Below are positions 1-10,157 of a stretch of DNA of 64,000 nt, piece by piece; position 1 is the stretch's first letter; every line of letters begins with the position of its first letter. This DNA is from Myxococcales bacterium (GTDB lineage: Bacteria; Myxococcota; Myxococcia; Myxococcales; JAKAPL01). The stretch lies in the NCBI GenBank assembly GCA_021807105.1, contig JAKAPL010000002.1:48515-112514 (forward strand), written 5' to 3'. The notes beneath the pieces are model-generated. The model had not been told where the DNA came from. It did not search any database and was given only the letters and a program-made list of their open reading frames with translations. The position numbers and the translations under genes were made by a program.

Positions 1-1
1 C

Positions 2-469
2 GAGCTCTCCGGCGCGCGCCGCCATTACGAGCAGCGGGAGCGCTGCCTCTTCTGCGACATCCTGCGGCAGGAGGGGGCGGCCGGGGAGCGGCTGATCGTG
101 CAGAACGGCGGCTGCCTTTCGATCGCCCCCTTCGCGCCGCGGGTGCCGTTCGAGTGCTGGCTCCTCCCCGCGCGCCACCACTCCTCGTTCGAGGAGACGC
201 CCGACGGCGATCTCGCGGAGGTGGCCGACGCGCTCCGCGAGACCCTGCGGCGCGTCGACGCGGCGCTCGCCCGCCCGGCCCTGAACCTCGTGCTCCACAC
301 CGCGCCGCTCAACCCGCCGGCCGAGCGGAACCTGCCCTACTGGCACTGGCACCTGGAGGTCCTCCCCGTGACCGTGCGGCCGGGAGGCTTCGAGTGGGGC
401 TCCGGCTTCTTCATCAACCCGACGCCGCCGGAGGAGGCGGCAGAGTTCCTCCGGAAGGTACAGATCTGA
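2..469 (+). CDS. GalT-like (HIT superfamily) hexose-1-phosphate nucleotidyltransferase, 3' part; the 5' end lies outside the window
   Basis: The frame is open from the window edge (...RERCLFCDILRQE... precedes track ORF 98..469). It contains FAPRVPFECWLLP and the His-x-His motif YWHWHLEVLP typical of GalT-type transferases. Third codon positions are G/C-dominated. Confidence 0.7.
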   Translation, partial: ELSGARRHYEQRERCLFCDILRQEGAAGERLIVQNGGCLSIAPFAPRVPFECWLLPARHHSSFEETPDGDLAEVADALRETLRRVDAALARPALNLVLHTAPLNPPAERNLPYWHWHLEVLPVTVRPGGFEWGSGFFINPTPPEEAAEFLRKVQI

Positions 470-661
470 TCTGCGACTCTCGAGGATCTCGTGCCACGCA
501 GAGCTTCATCGATGCTTCTACGAAGACGCGGCGGGATGGCGGGTGCGAGGGGATCGGGGCTCCCCTTGCTTCCGGACCGCGGTCCGGCGGTCCGGACATC
601 GCAGCGCGGCCCCGGTGCTGCCGCGTCGGGTCGCGCCCCCCGAGGGTCGCGCTGAGGAGCC

Positions 662-2098
662 ATGGAAGTTCTCTACTTGTCCGCGGAGGCCGCGCCCTGG
701 TTCAAGACCGGGGGGCTGGGCGACGTCGCGAGCGCGCTGCCCGAAGCGCTCGCCCGCCTGGGCCACCAGGTGACGGTCGTCACTCCCCTGTACGGGGCCC
801 TGCTGCCCGGCGCGCCGCCGCCCGCCCCGACGGGGCTGCGGGCTGCGGTGGAGCTGGAAGGCGGGCCGGTCGTCCTCGGGATCTCGGCCGCCCAGCGGGG
901 GCGGGTCCGCTGGATCTTCCTCGACGAGCCGGGGCTCTACGGCCGGGCGGGGATTTACGGCGAGGGAGGCGCCGACTATCCCGATAACGCGGTCCGCTTC
1001 GGCGTGCTCTCGGCCGGTGGGCTCGCGGCCATGCGGGCCCTCGGGCGGAGGCCGGACGTCGTCCACGCGAACGACTGGCAGACCGCGCCGGCGATGATGC
1101 TCGCAAAGCTCGCCCCCGTGCCCCCACGGACCGTCTTCACCATCCACAACCTGGCCTTCAAGGGGCTCTTCCCCCCCGACATCCTGCGGCGCCTCGCCTG
1201 GCCGGCGTCGCTCTTCACCCCCGACGGCCTCGAGTTCTTCGGCGACGTCGCCTTCATCAAGGCGGGCCTCGCCTACGCGGACATCCTGACCACCGTGAGC
1301 CCGACGTATGCGCGGGAGATCACCACGCCGGAGATGGGCGGGGGCCTCGATGGTCTGCTGCGCAAGCGCGATGACGTGCTCCACGGCATCCTGAACGGCA
1401 TCGACGCGGAGGTCTGGGACCCGCGCACGGACCGCTTCCTCCCCGCCCGTTATGGGCGCGGCGGGAAGCTCTCCCGCCGCGGCGGCAAGGCCCGCTGCAA
1501 GGCCGCGCTCCAGGAGGAGCTGGGGCTGCGCGTCGCCGCCGATCGCCCGCTGTTCGCGTTCGTCGGGCGGCTCACCTGGCAGAAGGGGATCGACCTGCTG
1601 CTCGCCCTGCTCGATGGGCCGATCCGCGAGCGGGCGCAGATCGCGATCCTCGGGACGGGCGAGCCCGACCTCGAGAAGGCGCTGCGCGCGCGGGCGGCGG
1701 CGCAGACGAGCGGCCTCGCGGTCCGGATCGCCTTCGACGAGGGGCTCGCCCATCGGATGACCGCGGGCGCGGATTTCCTCCTCATGCCGTCGCGCTTCGA
1801 GCCGTGCGGCCTGAACCAGATGTACGCGCTCCGCTACGGCACGCCGCCGATCGTCCGCGCGACCGGCGGCCTCGCCGACACGGTCCGCGACGCGAGCCCG
1901 GATCTCTCCTCGGGCACGGGCTTCTCCTTCGGCCCCGAGGAGCCGGCCGCCCTCCGCGCCGCGGTCGAACGCGCGCTCGCCGCCTTCGCGAAGCCGGACG
2001 CGCTGCGGGCGATGCGCGAGCGCGCGATGGCCGAGGACAACTCCTGGGAGGTCGCCGCCGCGCGGTTCGACCGGCTCTACCGCGGCCTGGCTCCCTGA
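662..2098 (+). CDS. glgA: Glycogen synthase (GT5, ADP-glucose type)
   Basis: 478-aa ORF with the N-terminal signature EAAPWFKTGGLGDVASALP. Length and C-terminal MPSRFEPCGLNQMYALRYGT match bacterial GlgA. Confidence 0.95.
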   Translation: MEVLYLSAEAAPWFKTGGLGDVASALPEALARLGHQVTVVTPLYGALLPGAPPPAPTGLRAAVELEGGPVVLGISAAQRGRVRWIFLDEPGLYGRAGIYGEGGADYPDNAVRFGVLSAGGLAAMRALGRRPDVVHANDWQTAPAMMLAKLAPVPPRTVFTIHNLAFKGLFPPDILRRLAWPASLFTPDGLEFFGDVAFIKAGLAYADILTTVSPTYAREITTPEMGGGLDGLLRKRDDVLHGILNGIDAEVWDPRTDRFLPARYGRGGKLSRRGGKARCKAALQEELGLRVAADRPLFAFVGRLTWQKGIDLLLALLDGPIRERAQIAILGTGEPDLEKALRARAAAQTSGLAVRIAFDEGLAHRMTAGADFLLMPSRFEPCGLNQMYALRYGTPPIVRATGGLADTVRDASPDLSSGTGFSFGPEEPAALRAAVERALAAFAKPDALRAMRERAMAEDNSWEVAAARFDRLYRGLAP

Positions 2099-2223
2099 TC
2101 GACGTCTGCCCAGACGCCCCTCACCACGGCCGCGCCGGTCTACGGCCTCCGAGGATGCTCGTTCGGCGCGAAGACCTCACCGGCGAGCGGCGAAGGCGAG
2201 AGCGGGTGAGGGGGGCGGGGCGT

Positions 2224-3144
2224 TCACGAGATCGATCCGGCGGCGGCGCTCCGGGCCGTCACGATCCGCTCGTGACCGGCGGGGTCACGGATGGGGGCGG
2301 CCGGCGAGAGGCCCGCGGCCGCGAAGAGGGTCTGCACGGCAGGAGCCTGCCCCTCGCCGATCTCCAGCGCCATCAGGCCGCCGGGGGCGAGCCTGCCCGC
2401 GCCCTCCCGGACGATCCGCCGAACGACGGCAAGGCCGTCCGGACCGCCGTCGAGGGCGAGCCGGGGCTCGTGGTCGCGGACTTCGACCGCGAGGTGGGGG
2501 ATCGTCCCGGTCGGGACGTAGGGCGGGTTCGCCGCGATCACCTGCCAGACGGCCTCGGCCGGCAGCGGCGCGAAGAGGTCGCCGCACCGGAGCGTCCAGC
2601 GATCGCCCGCGCCGAGCGCCGCCGCGTCTTGCCGTGCCACCGCGCAGGCGTCGGGCGAGAGCTCGACGGCGTCGACGCGCGCGGCCGGCCGCTCGAGCGC
2701 GAGCGAGAGGCCCACGCAGCCGCTGCCCGCGCACAGGTCGAGGACCCGCGCGCCCGCGCCGTCGCCGGGGAGGGCGGAGAGGCAGGCGTCGACGAGCAGC
2801 TCGGTCTCGGGGCGCGGGATGAAGACCCGCCCATCGACCGCGAACCAGTGGCCGTGGAACTCGCGCCCCCCGACGAGCTGCTGGGTGGGGACGCCCTCGG
2901 CGCGCCGCCGGACGAGGTCGCGGAACGCGCCGAGCTCGGCCGCCTCGAGCGGCCGGTCGAAGTCGAGGTAGAGGCGCAGGCGCGTGACCCCGAGCGCGTG
3001 GGCGAGCAGGACCTCCGCGGTGAGCCGCGGGCTGTCGAGGCCCCGCGTCGCGAAGTGGTCGGCGGTCCAGCGCAGCAGCCGCTGGATGGACCACGTCGCG
3101 GGGGCCTCCGGTCGTGGGAGCGGCAACGGGGGCGGGTTGCCCAC
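2224..3144 (-). CDS. prmC: Release-factor glutamine N5-methyltransferase PrmC/HemK
   Basis: NPPY catalytic motif (VIAANPPYVP) and SAM-binding LDLCAGSGCVG. The GTG start abuts the prfA stop (3144/3145), the classical prfA-prmC arrangement. Confidence 0.9.
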   Translation of the reverse strand: MGNPPPLPLPRPEAPATWSIQRLLRWTADHFATRGLDSPRLTAEVLLAHALGVTRLRLYLDFDRPLEAAELGAFRDLVRRRAEGVPTQQLVGGREFHGHWFAVDGRVFIPRPETELLVDACLSALPGDGAGARVLDLCAGSGCVGLSLALERPAARVDAVELSPDACAVARQDAAALGAGDRWTLRCGDLFAPLPAEAVWQVIAANPPYVPTGTIPHLAVEVRDHEPRLALDGGPDGLAVVRRIVREGAGRLAPGGLMALEIGEGQAPAVQTLFAAAGLSPAAPIRDPAGHERIVTARSAAAGSIS

Positions 3145-4236
<1,092 letters not shown>

Positions 4237-4371
4237 TAGCGAGAACGGCTACCATACCTCGAAAACAGCCGGAGAGCCCGCGCGCGATCCGCGCCCCGTC
4301 CCTGGACGCGGCGTCGAGAAGCTCCGGCGCGGCCGTTGCCGCCACGCGCGGCCGCGTGGGATAAAGGGCGC

Positions 4372-5478
4372 ATGAGGTTCGCGCCCCTCGTCGTGATCGC
4401 GCTCTGCGGCTGTGGCGCGACGTTCGCCGCCTCGAAGCGGCCAGGGGCCGCCGACGCGGGGAGCGCCGTCTCCGGCGGCGCGGGCGGCTCCACCCCGGGC
4501 TCCTCGGGCCCCGAGACGGGGGCGCCCTCCGGGTACGGGGGCGGCGCCTCCGGGGGCGGGAGCGGCTCGGGCGCGTCATCGAGCTCGGGGGGGGTGGGCG
4601 GTGTGGCCTTCGACGGCGGCGGGCTGCCCGGCTACGGCGACGCCTGCGATCCCTCGGCCCGCCCCGCCTGCGCGCCCGCCCCGCCCGGCATGACCTGCAC
4701 GGACGCCCTCGCGAGCGGCAGCGACAGCCCGCAGTGCCTCGTCCCCTGCACCGCGAGCGACTCCTCGGCCTGCCCGTACCTGACGGCCTGCGGCGATCCG
4801 AACCTCCCCGGCTACTGCAGCCCGCTCGGCTCCGGCACCTGCACCCCCTGGTCGTCCTGCGCGCTCGGGCCGCAGGTGACCGGGCTCTGCGTCCCCTGGT
4901 CCGGCCGGGTCGTCTGCGCGGCGCGCGGGAGCCTCCCGGCCTTCGCCCCTTGCGACCCGCTCGCGGCGAACGTTGACGCCGCCGCGCTCTGCGGGACCGG
5001 CCTGTTGTGCGTCTCCCCCGCGCATGCGCCGCAGACCCTGGCCGCGAGCCTGCCCGCGGGGAGCGGCCTCTGCTACCCCCTATGCGGCGCAGGCGGCCCC
5101 CGCTGCCCCGAGGACGACCACTGCGACGAGCCGCCGGCGGCGCAGTTCGGCTTCTGCCTGCCCGGCGAGCCCTGCACCTTGGGGAGCGGGGACGCCTGCC
5201 GGCTCGGCTGGTCGTGCGTCCCGGATTCGACTTCCTCCCTGCGAGGGGGCTGCGAGGAGAGCGGCGCCGACGCGGGCGAGCCCGGCAGCCCCTGTGCCCC
5301 CTCGGCCCAGCCCGGGGGCACGCAGGCGTGCGCGCTGGGGACGGTCTGCGTGAACCTCGGCAGCGGTCCGACCTGCGAGCGGCTCTGCGGCCTCGACGGC
5401 GGCCTCGCCTGCCCACAGGGGACCTGCACGCCGCTGCCGTCCACGGGCGGCGAGCCGGCCATCGGCGCCTGCGAGTAG
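4372..5478 (+). CDS. Cys-rich secreted lipoprotein (signal/lipobox, Gly/Ser linker, Cys-rich domain)
   Basis: The start is set at the internal Met of track ORF 4336..5478 because MRFAPLVVIALCGCG is a lipoprotein signal with a lipobox Cys. A Gly/Ser-rich stretch follows, then a long Cys-rich region. Confidence 0.7.
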   Translation: MRFAPLVVIALCGCGATFAASKRPGAADAGSAVSGGAGGSTPGSSGPETGAPSGYGGGASGGGSGSGASSSSGGVGGVAFDGGGLPGYGDACDPSARPACAPAPPGMTCTDALASGSDSPQCLVPCTASDSSACPYLTACGDPNLPGYCSPLGSGTCTPWSSCALGPQVTGLCVPWSGRVVCAARGSLPAFAPCDPLAANVDAAALCGTGLLCVSPAHAPQTLAASLPAGSGLCYPLCGAGGPRCPEDDHCDEPPAAQFGFCLPGEPCTLGSGDACRLGWSCVPDSTSSLRGGCEESGADAGEPGSPCAPSAQPGGTQACALGTVCVNLGSGPTCERLCGLDGGLACPQGTCTPLPSTGGEPAIGACE

Positions 5479-5646
5479 CGATGCGAAGAACGGCAAGGCC
5501 AGCGGCGGGCTCGGCAGGCTCGTCGCCACCGGCGGCCCGGCCCTCGAGGTGACGCGAGCCGACCGCGTCGCCGGCGACGCGGGGAGAAACCCTTTCCGGC
5601 GGCGAAATGGATGTTATAGTCCCCGAGTTCCGAGAGGTCCGTCGCC

Positions 5647-7740
5647 ATGTCCACCGTTCCCGCCCAGCCGCCCAAGCTCGGAAAGTACCTCCTGCTCCGC
5701 AAGCTCGGGGGCGGCGGCATGGGGCGCGTCTACCTCGCGTCGGTCTCCGGCCCGGCGGCCTTCGAGAAGAAGGTCGTCGTCAAGACCATCCTCCCGACGC
5801 TCACCCAGAACAAGGACTACGTCCAGCTCTTCCTGAACGAGGCCCGGCTTGGCGCGCGCCTCTCCCACTCCGCGATCGCCGGCATCTTCGAGCTGGCGGA
5901 GGAGAACGGCCTCTACTACCTGGTGATGGAGTACGTGGACGGGTGGACGCTGCGGCAGGCCATCAAGGGGGCGCAGAAGATGAACCGCCTGCTCAACCCC
6001 GCCCGGGTCGCCGAGGTCGTCGCCCGCGCCTGCGAGGGGCTCTACTACGCCCACACCCTGACCGATCGGAACGGCCGGCCGCTCGGCATCGTCCACCGCG
6101 ACCTCTCGCCGCAGAACATCATGATCTCCCGCGAGGGGGACGTGAAGATCATCGACTTCGGCGTCGCCCGCTCCGACCTCTCGACCAACGAGACCGTCGC
6201 CGGCACCATCAAGGGCAAGATCTGCTACATGTCGCCCGAGCAGAGCCGCGGCGAGCGGGTCGACGCCCGGTCGGACATCTTCGCCCTCGGCATCGTGCTC
6301 TACGAGGCGCTCACCGGGAACAACCCGTTCGAGCGCGACACGCCCCTCTCGATCCTGCGGGCGATCGACAGCCACGACCCGCCCTCGCTGCGGCGCGTCG
6401 CCTCGGATCTCGGGCCGTTCGATCCCATCGTCCGTCGCTGCCTCCAGAAGGAGAAGGACAAGCGTTACCCGGACGCGCGCGAGCTGCGCATGGATCTGCT
6501 CGCCGTGCTCGAACGGCAGCGGGCGAAGGAACGCGACCACCTCGGGACGTGGGTCAGCGGGCTGCTCGATAAAAAGTCGAGCCGCGTGCTCGTCGAGGGC
6601 GCCGAGGGGGGCGAGGCGCCGCCGCCGGAGGGGGAACAGGGGGCGGAGAGTCCCGAGAAGACCGTCCTCGCGTCGTTCAACCCCTTCGAGGGCCCGAAGG
6701 ACCCGGGCCTCGCCCTGCCCGACGAGCCGGCGGAGCCCCCCGGGGAGGCCGCCGCCGAGCAGGCGACGCGGCTGAAGACGGCCGGCGAGATGGGCCTCCT
6801 CGAATCGCTGCCGCCGCCCCGCTCCCGCGCGGCCGAACCCCCGCCCGAGCCGGACTCCCCGCCCGAAGAGGGCGAAGCGATCTCGCACGTCAGCGGGCTC
6901 CGGCGGGGCCCCTCGAAGCTCCTGATCGCCGTCGCGGCCGTCACCGGCGCCGTCATCGCGGCGGCGGTCTTCGTGAAGCTCACGCAGAAGAAGGGTCCGG
7001 CCCCAGAACCCTCGCCGGCCAAGGAGCTGGCGGCGGCGGTGGCGGCCGCGGCGAAGCCAGCGGCCCCCCCGCCCGCGCCCACGGCCGCGCCCACGGCCGC
7101 GGCCGTCCCGGCCGCCCAGGCAGCGACCGGACCCGCGGCCGTCCCCGCCCCGAGCGGTCCGGCCGTGGCCGGCGCCGCCGCGCCCGCGCCCATCCCCAGC
7201 GCCCCGGTGGCCGAGGCCGCGAATCCAGCGGAGGCCGTCCCGCCCGAGCCCGCGAAGGCCGAGGAGCCTCCCCCCGAGCCCGCGAAGGCCGAGGAGCCTC
7301 CCCCCGAGCCCGCCGCGGCGGGGGCGCGCCCTCACGGCCACCGGCGATCGTCCGCGCACGAGCCCCGGGAGGAAGCCGCCCCCGCCCCACCCGTCGTCGT
7401 GGCCCAGGCCCCGGCGCCGGCGAGCTTCCGCATCCGGGCGATCGGCGCCACCCACGTCGCCGACGCATACGGCAACCCGGTCAACCCGAACCGCGCCTGG
7501 AGCGGGAGCGCCAACCTCCAGGTGGGCTCCCTGCTCGTCCAGCTCAAGGAGAGCGCGGGGAGTGGCCGGACGCTCTACGTCGCCAGCCAGCCGTGGACGA
7601 TCGCCTCGGTCAACGGCGTCTCGCGCGGCAAGACCCCACTCCCTTCGATCGCCCTTCCCGACCGGGGCGTGAGGCTGGAGCTGGTCCGGCCGGGCATGGA
7701 CGCCCCCGCCGTGCTCCAGATCTCGCCTTCCGCACCGTAG
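5647..7740 (+). CDS. Hanks-type Ser/Thr protein kinase with Pro/Ala/Glu-rich linker, TM segment and C-terminal PEGA-like domain
   Basis: Kinase motifs LGGGGMGRVY, VVVKTI, HRDLSPQNIM, DFGVAR and MSPEQ. TM segment LLIAVAAVTGAVIAAAVFV. C-terminal beta-rich YVASQPWTIASVNGVSRGKTPL. Confidence 0.9.
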   Translation: MSTVPAQPPKLGKYLLLRKLGGGGMGRVYLASVSGPAAFEKKVVVKTILPTLTQNKDYVQLFLNEARLGARLSHSAIAGIFELAEENGLYYLVMEYVDGWTLRQAIKGAQKMNRLLNPARVAEVVARACEGLYYAHTLTDRNGRPLGIVHRDLSPQNIMISREGDVKIIDFGVARSDLSTNETVAGTIKGKICYMSPEQSRGERVDARSDIFALGIVLYEALTGNNPFERDTPLSILRAIDSHDPPSLRRVASDLGPFDPIVRRCLQKEKDKRYPDARELRMDLLAVLERQRAKERDHLGTWVSGLLDKKSSRVLVEGAEGGEAPPPEGEQGAESPEKTVLASFNPFEGPKDPGLALPDEPAEPPGEAAAEQATRLKTAGEMGLLESLPPPRSRAAEPPPEPDSPPEEGEAISHVSGLRRGPSKLLIAVAAVTGAVIAAAVFVKLTQKKGPAPEPSPAKELAAAVAAAAKPAAPPPAPTAAPTAAAVPAAQAATGPAAVPAPSGPAVAGAAAPAPIPSAPVAEAANPAEAVPPEPAKAEEPPPEPAKAEEPPPEPAAAGARPHGHRRSSAHEPREEAAPAPPVVVAQAPAPASFRIRAIGATHVADAYGNPVNPNRAWSGSANLQVGSLLVQLKESAGSGRTLYVASQPWTIASVNGVSRGKTPLPSIALPDRGVRLELVRPGMDAPAVLQISPSAP
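7243..7314 (+). repeat. 30-bp tandem duplication (about 2.4 copies) inside the kinase linker
   Basis: CCCGAGCCCGCGAAGGCCGAGGAGCCTCCC is repeated head to tail and encodes PEPAKAEEPP PEPAKAEEPP PEPA. Confidence 0.6.
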
Positions 7741-7762
7741 CGTCTCCCAAGGAGAGAGAACG

Positions 7763-8605
7763 ATGACGATCCCCAAAGCCTCCGCGTTCCTGGCCCTGAT
7801 GCTCGCCCTGCCGGCCGTCGCCCAGGAGGAGGCGCCGCCGCCCGCGGAGGCCGCGGCCCCGGCCGCCCCACAGCCTGCGGCCGCGCTGCCCACCATCGTC
7901 CACGCCCCGGTCGCCCAGGCGCAGGTCGGCCAGCCGCTGACGCTGGCCGCCACGATCCGCAGCGGCAACGGCATCTTCCAGCCGTCCGTCTACTTCCGCC
8001 ACGCCGGCGAGGCCAACTGGACGAAGATCCCGCTCCTGCCGAGCGGCGGCGACGTCTTCACCGCGACCCTCCCCGGCGCGACCCTCTCCTCGAACATCGA
8101 GTACTACATCGAGTGCTACGACAACGACGGCAACGGCCCGGCCCGCGCGGGCAGCCCCGACGCGCCGTTCCAGGTGGCCGTCGCCCTCCCGCCGCCGCCC
8201 GTCACGGGCCGGCCCCAGGCCGCCCCCGGGGCCGCGACCGAGGTGAAGAAGCCCGCCGGCAACGGGAGGAAGATCGTCGGCGGCGTGCTCGCCGGGGTCG
8301 GCGTCATCGCGCTCGGCGCGGGCATCGCGAGCTGGGTGGAGTACTCGGAGTCGGTCGCCAACCAGAACGCCGCGAGCCCGTCGGCGCGCCCCCAGTACGC
8401 GAACGAGATCACGATGGAGACCATCGTCGGGGCCGCGGGCACGGCGGTCGGCGTGATCGGGCTCGCGGTCGGGGCCTACCTGTTCTTCTCCGCCCCCTCC
8501 CCGGCGAAGCCGGCCAGCTCTCCGCTCGGCGACGAGCCCCCCGGCGGCCTCTCCGTCGCGCCCATCCCCGGCGGCGCGGTGGCCGCCTGGTCGGGCCGCT
8601 TCTAG
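7763..8605 (+). CDS. Exported protein with N-terminal beta domain and a C-terminal two-TM module ending PIPGGAVAAWSGRF
   Basis: Signal peptide MTIPKASAFLALMLALPAVAQE. Two hydrophobic helices (IVGGVLAGVGVIALGAGIA; AAGTAVGVIGLAVGAYLFF). High GC3. It starts 22 bp after the kinase gene. Confidence 0.65.
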   Translation: MTIPKASAFLALMLALPAVAQEEAPPPAEAAAPAAPQPAAALPTIVHAPVAQAQVGQPLTLAATIRSGNGIFQPSVYFRHAGEANWTKIPLLPSGGDVFTATLPGATLSSNIEYYIECYDNDGNGPARAGSPDAPFQVAVALPPPPVTGRPQAAPGAATEVKKPAGNGRKIVGGVLAGVGVIALGAGIASWVEYSESVANQNAASPSARPQYANEITMETIVGAAGTAVGVIGLAVGAYLFFSAPSPAKPASSPLGDEPPGGLSVAPIPGGAVAAWSGRF

Positions 8606-8642
8606 CCCTGGTCGGGCCGCGTCCATGAGGGAAGAGGAACCC

Positions 8643-10136
8643 ATGAAACGAATCGACCGCGTCACCGGGGCGGCGCCGGCCGTCCCCGCGAAGAAGGGGC
8701 GGGAGTCCGCGCACTCCGCCGGCCAGGCGAGCCACGACAGCGTCAACCCGCCCGCGCTGGTCGAGTTCATGCTCAGCGGCTGGCGGCCCCGCCCGTCCCG
8801 CGCGGCGCGGCCCATCGCGGCCGCCCGGACGTTCGCGCAGCGGCGGGCGCGCCTCGCCGCCCTCTTCCCGGGCGAGATCCTCATCATCCCCACCGGCCAC
8901 GAGAAGATCCGGAACAACGACAACACCTACCGCTTCCGGCCCGGCAGCGACTTCTACTGGCTCACCGGCGACCAGGAGCCCGACTGCGTCCTCGCCCTCG
9001 TCCCGGACCCGAAGGGGCACGCGAGCTGGCTCTTCGTCGAGGAGAACCCCGGCCGCTCCTCGCCGGCCTTCTTCACCGACCGGTCCAAGGGTGAGCTCTG
9101 GGTCGGCCCCCGCCTCGGCGTGGCCGAGAGCGGCGCCCGCTATGGCGCCGACCGGGCGCTCGGCCTCTCGGAGCTGCCCGCGCGCTTCCACGAGCTGTTC
9201 GCCGCCGGCCGTCCCACCCGCGTCGTCCGCGGCCTCGACCCCGCCGTCGACGCGCTCGCCCCCGCCCCGCGCGAGGCCGACCGCGCGCTCGCCGCGGCCC
9301 TCTCCGAGCTGCGGCTCTACAAGGACGCGATCGAGATCCGCGCCCTGGCGCGCGCCGTCGCCGCGACTCGCCGGGCCTACGACGACGTGCTCCGCGAGCT
9401 GCCTCGGCTGGCGACCGAGCGCGAGGTCGAGGCGACCTTCGATCGCCGGGCGAGGATCGAGGGCAACGGCGTGGGCTACGGCACCATCGCGGCGAGCGGC
9501 GCCCACGCCACGATCCTCCACTGGACGAGGAACGACGGCCCGGTCGCGAAGGGGGACCTGCTGCTCATCGACGCGGGCGTCGAGGGCGAGGAGCTCTACA
9601 CCGCCGACCTGACGCGGACCTTCCCCGTCTCCGGCCGCTTCACCGCCCCGCAGCGCGACGTCTACGGCCTCGTCCTCGCCGCCCAGCGGGCCGCCTTCGC
9701 GCAGGTCGTGCCCGGCGCCGACTTCCTCGCCCCCCACCGCGCGGCGATGGCCGTCTTCGCCGGCGGGCTCCACCGGATGGGCATCCTGAAGGAGCCCCCG
9801 GAGGTCGCGCTCGCCGAGGACAAGCAGTTCCACAAGCGCTGGACGCTCCACAACGTGAGCCACATGCTGGGCCTCGACGTCCACGACTGCGCCCACGCGC
9901 GCGCCGAGAGCTACCGCCAGGGCAAGCTCGCCCCCGGCATGGTCCTCACCGTCGAGCCCGGCCTCTACTTCCAGGTGGACGACCTGCGCGTCCCGCCGAA
10001 GTACCGCGGCATCGGCGTGCGGATCGAGGACGACGTGCTCGTCACCGCCCGCGGCCACGAGATCCTGACCGCCGACTTCCCGCGGGAGATCGAAGACGTG
10101 GAGCGCTGGGTCCGCGAGAAGGCAGGGAGACGGTAA
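8643..10136 (+). CDS. pepP: Xaa-Pro aminopeptidase (M24B)
   Basis: M24 metal-ligand motifs LLLIDAGVE, HNVSHMLGLDVHD, GMVLTVEPGLY and GVRIEDDVLVT. The ATG at 8643 is preferred over 8625 because it follows GGAAGAGGAAC (SD). Confidence 0.85.
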   Translation: MKRIDRVTGAAPAVPAKKGRESAHSAGQASHDSVNPPALVEFMLSGWRPRPSRAARPIAAARTFAQRRARLAALFPGEILIIPTGHEKIRNNDNTYRFRPGSDFYWLTGDQEPDCVLALVPDPKGHASWLFVEENPGRSSPAFFTDRSKGELWVGPRLGVAESGARYGADRALGLSELPARFHELFAAGRPTRVVRGLDPAVDALAPAPREADRALAAALSELRLYKDAIEIRALARAVAATRRAYDDVLRELPRLATEREVEATFDRRARIEGNGVGYGTIAASGAHATILHWTRNDGPVAKGDLLLIDAGVEGEELYTADLTRTFPVSGRFTAPQRDVYGLVLAAQRAAFAQVVPGADFLAPHRAAMAVFAGGLHRMGILKEPPEVALAEDKQFHKRWTLHNVSHMLGLDVHDCAHARAESYRQGKLAPGMVLTVEPGLYFQVDDLRVPPKYRGIGVRIEDDVLVTARGHEILTADFPREIEDVERWVREKAGRR

Positions 10137-10157
10137 GCACCCTCACGAGGAGACGCC

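Noticed and set aside
555-570. Sigma-54-like element CGGGGCTCCCCTTGCT upstream of glgA.
   Set aside because: Only GG and TTGCT match, and the -24 half is poor (3/6). GG-N10-GC arises often by chance in this composition. There is no supporting dyad upstream.
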